From Amoebidium appalachense (taxonomy: Eukaryota; Protista; Ichthyosporea), in assembly GCA_963693365.1 (NCBI GenBank), contig CAVNZM010000002.1, positions 13,363,615-13,427,614 of the forward strand: a stretch of DNA of 64,000 nt. Reading direction: 5' to 3'. Shown here one piece after another: positions 57,699-64,000 of the stretch. Position 1 is the first letter of the stretch, and every line of letters starts with the position of its first letter. Position numbers and translations under genes: made by a program. The notes under the pieces are model-generated. The model was given only the letters and a program-made list of their open reading frames with translations. It did not search any database and was not told where the DNA came from.

Positions 57699-58351
57699 GT
57701 GTGTGTGTGTGTGCATCTGTCGTAATTGTCTGTTGTGTATGTTTTGTTGTGTGTTGGCTGAACTTCGATTTGTGCAGAGGTGTGAAGTCAGATGTATGTC
57801 CATACATGTGCTTTTTGCGCGCACATTTGGAATTTCAAGTTGGGGCCACGTTATTTGTCTACATGCTGCCATGTTGTGTGTGCAAATCACAAAAAAGTGT
57901 GTGATATGTAAATGTACACAGCGTGAATATATATTGATGTCACGGTACATATACATACAGTCACCTCCAAAGGCAATAAACACTGTGCACACATGTCTGC
58001 TCCATAATTCATATTCACTGTGGATGGCAATCTGCTGCTATCTATGGGGTGCTTGCAGGAGCCTCGTGCCCCTCTCTTGCTACCGTAATCCTATCAATTT
58101 GAAATCAAATCTATAAATCTATCGTATAAGTTACAATATGTGGTGTATGGTTTCTGACAAGGCAAACTGAAATTCTGAGTGGGGCCACACATGTGTACAC
58201 CTAATGGCACAGCTGTCATCGTAGGCCTGCGTAATTTGGTGCACCTTTCCACGCGTATACTTCAATTTTCAAAGATTGTGTGAGCTGCACTGGTGTGTGT
58301 GCACGTCACGGTGCACCAATATTCGTGTGAGGCTCATGCATAGGCAGCAAT

Positions 58352-58516
58352 CTACGTGCTGTCTTCATCCCCCCACAGCTGTGCCTGTTCGTCTGGTCCA
58401 TCCTCTGGTGCCTCTAGCGCCTTGCCTGCGACCCCAAATCCATGTTAGACCACCACCACAAAAGACCCACATATTCAGCAAAATGGTTGCAACCCTACAT
58501 GCAATATTTGTATCGC

Positions 58517-58571
<55 letters not shown>

Positions 58572-58576
58572 CTCCC

Positions 58577-58612
<36 letters not shown>

Positions 58613-59895
58613 ACCCCACCCACCCACCCGCCCGCCCGCCCGCCCGCCCCAATGGCACATACAATTTTCACCCACCGATTGCCCGGAAAATTCTGCAGTA
58701 AATTACCTATGGTCACCGCGACCACCATGGCACCTAAATCATTAAGGCACCGGGTCCTACCCGATGATGAGACTAAAAAAACACGTGTTGGTAGTCGTAC
58801 ACCAAGCTAGCACCTATATATCCAACCATGTTGATCACCCACATACCCCTTCATGGTGGTTTCTGCCCACCAACCCATTGAAGCGTGTGCACCACCACCT
58901 ACCAACCACCGGTGACCCATGACCACCTCACTACTCCCTTAAACCACCCCCCCCCCCCCCCCCCCCCCCCCCCCCACTAACATACACACACACCCCACCC
59001 CGGGGCCTGCCCTCAACCCCTTCATGCCTCCACCCCCCCCCCCCCTACCTCCCCACCCTTCCTCCATTCCCACCCTGGCCCCCCTTTCTCCCCCTGCAGC
59101 TTCACACACACATCCAAAGCCGCCATGGAAAAATACATATACACGCACCTGCACCATCAGGCACACAGAACCAGCCAAAAGCCAGGCCCAACAGCGCCAC
59201 GGCAGCACCGGCAAAGCACACCCCCTCGACAGTTAAAGCCTCAGCCAGCGACAAATAATTCATAGCAACAACAGCCGCCGTGAGCCTATTTGCAGCCCAC
59301 GCCAAGGCTATCCCCCTGCCTCTGAGGGGTGTAGGGAACATTTCTGCTGCAACCACGGCCACCAAAGGGCCCAGGCCTAGACTGAAAGACCCCAGGGCCA
59401 AACATAACACTAGGCCTACGAGCCACGGTGCAGCGCCCCAGACGATTAGCAGACCAAGACCGAGGAGGCAAAGCGCCAGACCTGCACCGTGTACCAAATT
59501 TGGTTAGACCCCCCCCTCCCCTCCCCCCCAACTCCCTCTCCCCGTGGCCATGATTACTCCCCCCTCCCCCCCAATTAACCCCACCCCCCCCCCACCCCCC
59601 GCACCCCCCAAAAAACCTCCCCCCGGAGCTTCGGCACAACAATATGTCCAAGCACGCACAAGTGCATGCACACACACACATGCCCCCACTTCTCCCCCTC
59701 TCCCCCCCCCCCCCCCCCCCCCCCCCGCGCGCCCCCCCTCCCTCCCCCTGCTCTAATGCGCATTCATGCACACGCACAAACACAGGGGCATAGTATACGA
59801 TCACATAGGCTGTGACAGGCACGCATTATATACACAAACAAGTTACTGCTATGCGCGCTCACACACAAAAACGACACACACAGAGACAGACACAG

Positions 59896-59928
<33 letters not shown>

Positions 59929-59935
59929 AAAAAAC

Positions 59936-60013
<78 letters not shown>

Positions 60014-63000
60014 TTCCCAAACGCATATGCATACATGGCGGCCACTCACCACCCGAGCTCGTAGCGAGGAGCACCGGGCGGGCGCCAGGCCGGTCAGCAA
60101 GAAGGAGTGCAAGCAGTACACCCCCAGTCTTGGCCACACCGGCCCAAACCGTCACCTGCAGCTGTGTCTGTGCTTGCATTCGGGTTCATGATATTAGTAT
60201 CATCGTACCCAGTCGAATTGAGTTAGATAAAGCCCTATGTAAATTACAGAGAGCTGGTGAGTTTTCCGAATACTACTGAATTACTAGTGAAACTCACAGA
60301 CGGGCACCTCTACATATGAAAAAATCAATTCCTACAGGTGTATACGATTGAACATTATGCATACGGCTGTTCAAACGAACTCGCTGAGAAAGACAAATGG
60401 GCATAGGTGATACTATGGGTACATGCATGGATGGGTGGGTGGGGCCTAGACTAAGTGGTGACACTAGTAGTAGCCCTCAATGCGAGGCCAGCACCAAGCC
60501 CGAAGCAGGGGCAGGGAGGAGGCGGGCGAGAGAGAAGGGGGGGACGGGAGGGGATAAAGGGGAGGAGGACTCCACGGAATGGGATAGTTGGGAGGTGCCG
60601 CCTGGGGGGGGGGGGGGGGGGGAGGGGGGGGAGGGGGAGATGGGGGGGGGGGGGGGGGGAACGAAAGAACATAGCAAGTGAGAGAGGGGGAGGAAAGGGG
60701 TGGGGTGAAGGGGGTGGGGTGAAGGGGGAGGGGGATGGGGGGGAGGGGAGGCAGGGGGGGAAGTATTTTACATTTGCATCATCCACGGCTGCGGCCTGCA
60801 TGAGTGTAGGTGCGTAGTAGACCAGTGACTCACTCCCACTGGCCTGTTGTACCACAGCCAGACCAACGGCCACCCCCAGCCTCTGGGCCATGTGGCCTGT
60901 GGGGCATAGCAGTGCCTCCCACCCAGCTTGCTGCTCCTTGGCAATGTTGTCCTGTGCAATCCTGAAAATACGTACTAATCAGATTCTCGTCGCACCTCCC
61001 CAACACACCTGTCCCTCTCTTCACGCTTACTTGCACATGCCCATGTATACACATACGGACACTAGCATGCACATGCACATACATACAATGCTATATGCAC
61101 ATTTTCTCATGCACACACAACGCACATGCGCAAGCGCATGCCTATGCACATGCACATGCGCATGCACGTGCATGTGCATGTGCATGCATGCACATGCATG
61201 CACATGCATGCACATGCACATGCACATGCATGTGCATGTGCTGCACATGGCCGAACAAGCACGTATGCCACGTGACATAAGTATCTCTTATGCATGCACA
61301 TCAATACCCAGATTAGCGTAGCACCCAGACTCCTACATGCACAATACCATGCCTACAGGGAAGCATGTGGGCAAGCACGGGCCACCAAACAGACAGTTTA
61401 CAAGACGGGCCCATGGATGCACGGGCACATACAGTATACCACACACGCGCACACATGCGCGCACACGTGCATTGAACTATGCACAGGCACACAGAAAGCA
61501 CACAGGCAGGCAGGCCCGGAGGCAGGCATGTACAAGCACCATGCAGTAACACACGTGGCACGTATTACGTAGGTACCCAGGCCAGCAGGCAAGCACACAG
61601 GCGCTCACACACACAGACAGGGACATGCAGACAGAGGAATACAAACAGGCACACTTATATAGTGATATGCAGGCACACAGGCATGTGCGCAAAAATGCAC
61701 CACCAGTACTGGAAAACTCCCATACCATTCACGAATGTTTCAGTAGCATGCTATACCCCCACACACGTAAGCACTGCACACATGCACACACATACACAGG
61801 CCCCTGCACACGCACAGCACACAGGCACACACACTCTGAGCACTGAGACGCACACAGGTTGGCACAAAGGACACGCCATAGCACACCCTTGCACGAACAT
61901 GCAAGCACATATGCATGTGTCTTTAAAAAAATGGGTGCACCTACCGCAGCTCCTGCTCGGCCTCCTCTCTACATGACCGCAACCGCAGCAACACCCCCAT
62001 AGCACGGTCAGTATGGCCAGCAGCAAGCAACCACCTTGGGGACTCAGGTAGAAAAACCAGTGCCAGTGCAAGAAGTACCGGGGCCAGTGTGCCCAGACCC
62101 AACATCCACCTCCATGCATGCGGTAGATCGGCCATGGCCCAGCCACCCAGATAGCCCAATAGAATCCCGGCGTTAATTCCTACTTCACCAATGGCAACCA
62201 GTCTCCCCCGCATGTGTGCCGGGGCCACCTCGGCTACGTACACCTGGGGTAGGAGAAGCCCAGCACCCACGCCCAGCCCGGTCACCACTGTACCCCACCA
62301 GCCTCGAGTCAGCAAGTTGGAATACCTACCCATTCTTCCCCTCTCTCTTCCCCCCCCCCCCCCTCCCCCCCCTCCCCCCCCCCGCCGTCCCCCCCCCCCC
62401 CCCCCCCATCTTTTTCAACTCCCCCCCCCCCCTTCCCCCCTCCCCTCCCCCTCTCTTTCTCCCATGTGTGCCATTTCTGTTCGGGTGTTCCCCCCTCCCC
62501 TCTCCCCCCCCCCCCCTTCCCCTTCCGGACCCCCCCACCCTCTTTCCCAGTCAGTGTCAAGATTATGCCCACGGGACTCACCTCTGAACACCATGAGGGT
62601 GGCATAGTTGTGGGCTAGGGCCATGCCCAGAGACCCCACAATGAACAGCAGCGCAGCCACAAGCATCGTCTGTCAACATCATGACACGTGTCAGTATGTA
62701 ATCCCCCCCCTTCCCCCCCCACCCCTCCCACCCCCCCCCACCCCTCCCTCTCCCCTTTCCCTCTCTCCCTCCCTCCCCCCTTCCCCTCCCTCCCCCTCCC
62801 CTCCTCCCCCCTCCCCCCCCCCCCCCCCCCCCCCCCCCCTTCCCCCCCTCGGGGGGTTGCACAATGACGGACACTTACCGGTCGACGGCCCATTGCATCT
62901 GCCAGCTGGCCGGCCAGTAGCAGCCCAGCCACTGCCACCAGGTTGAGCACCCCAACCATGGTCTCGGTTTGCGACCCTGTGAGCTCAAAGTCCTGCACAA

Positions 63001-63238
63001 GTATGAAGGTTTATCAGAAGATACCCCACGTGCACTGTACACAAGCCCCTAACAATTCGTACATGACATAGGGCGCCAAAAACATATGCACACACAGACA
63101 CCCGCGCATGGGCGCTCACGTACACACACCGTGACGCACGCACTCACGCACGCACACACGCATGCACGCATGCACGACAGCACAGATCCGCACATACGCA
63201 CACACAATTGCAACCGCACACGTATGCAGCACGCACGC

Positions 63239-63276
<38 letters not shown>

Positions 63277-63523
63277 ACATACACACACACACACACACGT
63301 GCGCGCGCGGAACATACACATGCTGTATACAACACGAACATGCACACATGGGCACAAATACACACACACACACACACACACTCATACACAAGAACACACG
63401 CACGCACGCACCAACCCACAGATATGCGCGCGCATGCACACACATACACACACACAAAAACACACACACATAACACACAAGAAGCGTGCGCGCGCACACA
63501 CACACACACACACACATAGTACA

Positions 63524-63582
<59 letters not shown>

Positions 63583-63587
63583 TGCCC

Positions 63588-63628
<41 letters not shown>

Positions 63629-63938
63629 ACACACACACAGAAATTTAAAGAAAAAGACAGTAACCCACGCAACCTGATCCATGCACACAGTACCTTACTG
63701 CACACAGTACCTTACTAATTAACAGTGCAGCAGCAGCCATGATGCCCACATCATACCCCAGCAACACCGAGTTGAGTGTGGCTACAGCCGCACAGCAAAA
63801 AAGAACCAATCGGCTGCGCCATTTCGGCATGTCGGTCACGTGATCTTCTGAGTCAGACGGCGGGGGGCTGGGTGGCGGGCTGCTGACACCCTCCCAGCCC
63901 TGGAAATGGGGCGGGTAGGTGGTGCCACTGGACCTCAT
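58352..63938 (-). CDS. MFS sugar porter family transporter (polyol/monosaccharide:H+ symporter-like)
   Basis: [143 protein letters not shown] (stop at 58352). The start at gccATG 63938 is tentative because an upstream exon outside the window is possible. Confidence 0.93.
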
Positions 63939-64000
63939 GGCTACCTGCTGTATGGGGGGACACACGTGGTTACAATTATTAGTATAGTAATGCTTTTTCA

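Overview
Eukaryotic, intron-dense genomic DNA. Almost all entries in the ORF track are artefacts of poly-G/poly-C and (GT/CA)n or (GA/CT)n tracts. Splicing GT-AG exons by eye gives eight protein-coding genes: the 3' end of a probable NF-X1/R3H-type gene (+), a plant-type C2-domain phospholipase D (-), a PAQR/AdipoR-family membrane protein (+), SUGP1 (-), SPOUT1 (+), an SNX1/SNX2/Vps5-type PX-BAR sorting nexin (-), a 4E-T/EIF4ENIF1-like translational repressor (+) and an MFS sugar/polyol porter (-). The strongest signals are: (1) a 4E-T-like protein with five animal-type short motifs in the expected order, in the same window as a plant-type PLD, which points to a possible non-animal (e.g. unicellular holozoan) host, by inference only; (2) an extreme intron architecture with sense-strand G-runs and (GT)n, a close branch point and often no polypyrimidine tract; (3) several local duplications that copy splice sites; (4) a two-copy intronic MITE family, one copy with TTAA duplications and AG...CT ends (Kolobok-like); (5) a probable homopolymer frameshift in the sorting nexin. 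Exon coordinates were derived manually and are approximate. Family assignments rest on recalled motifs, not database searches.
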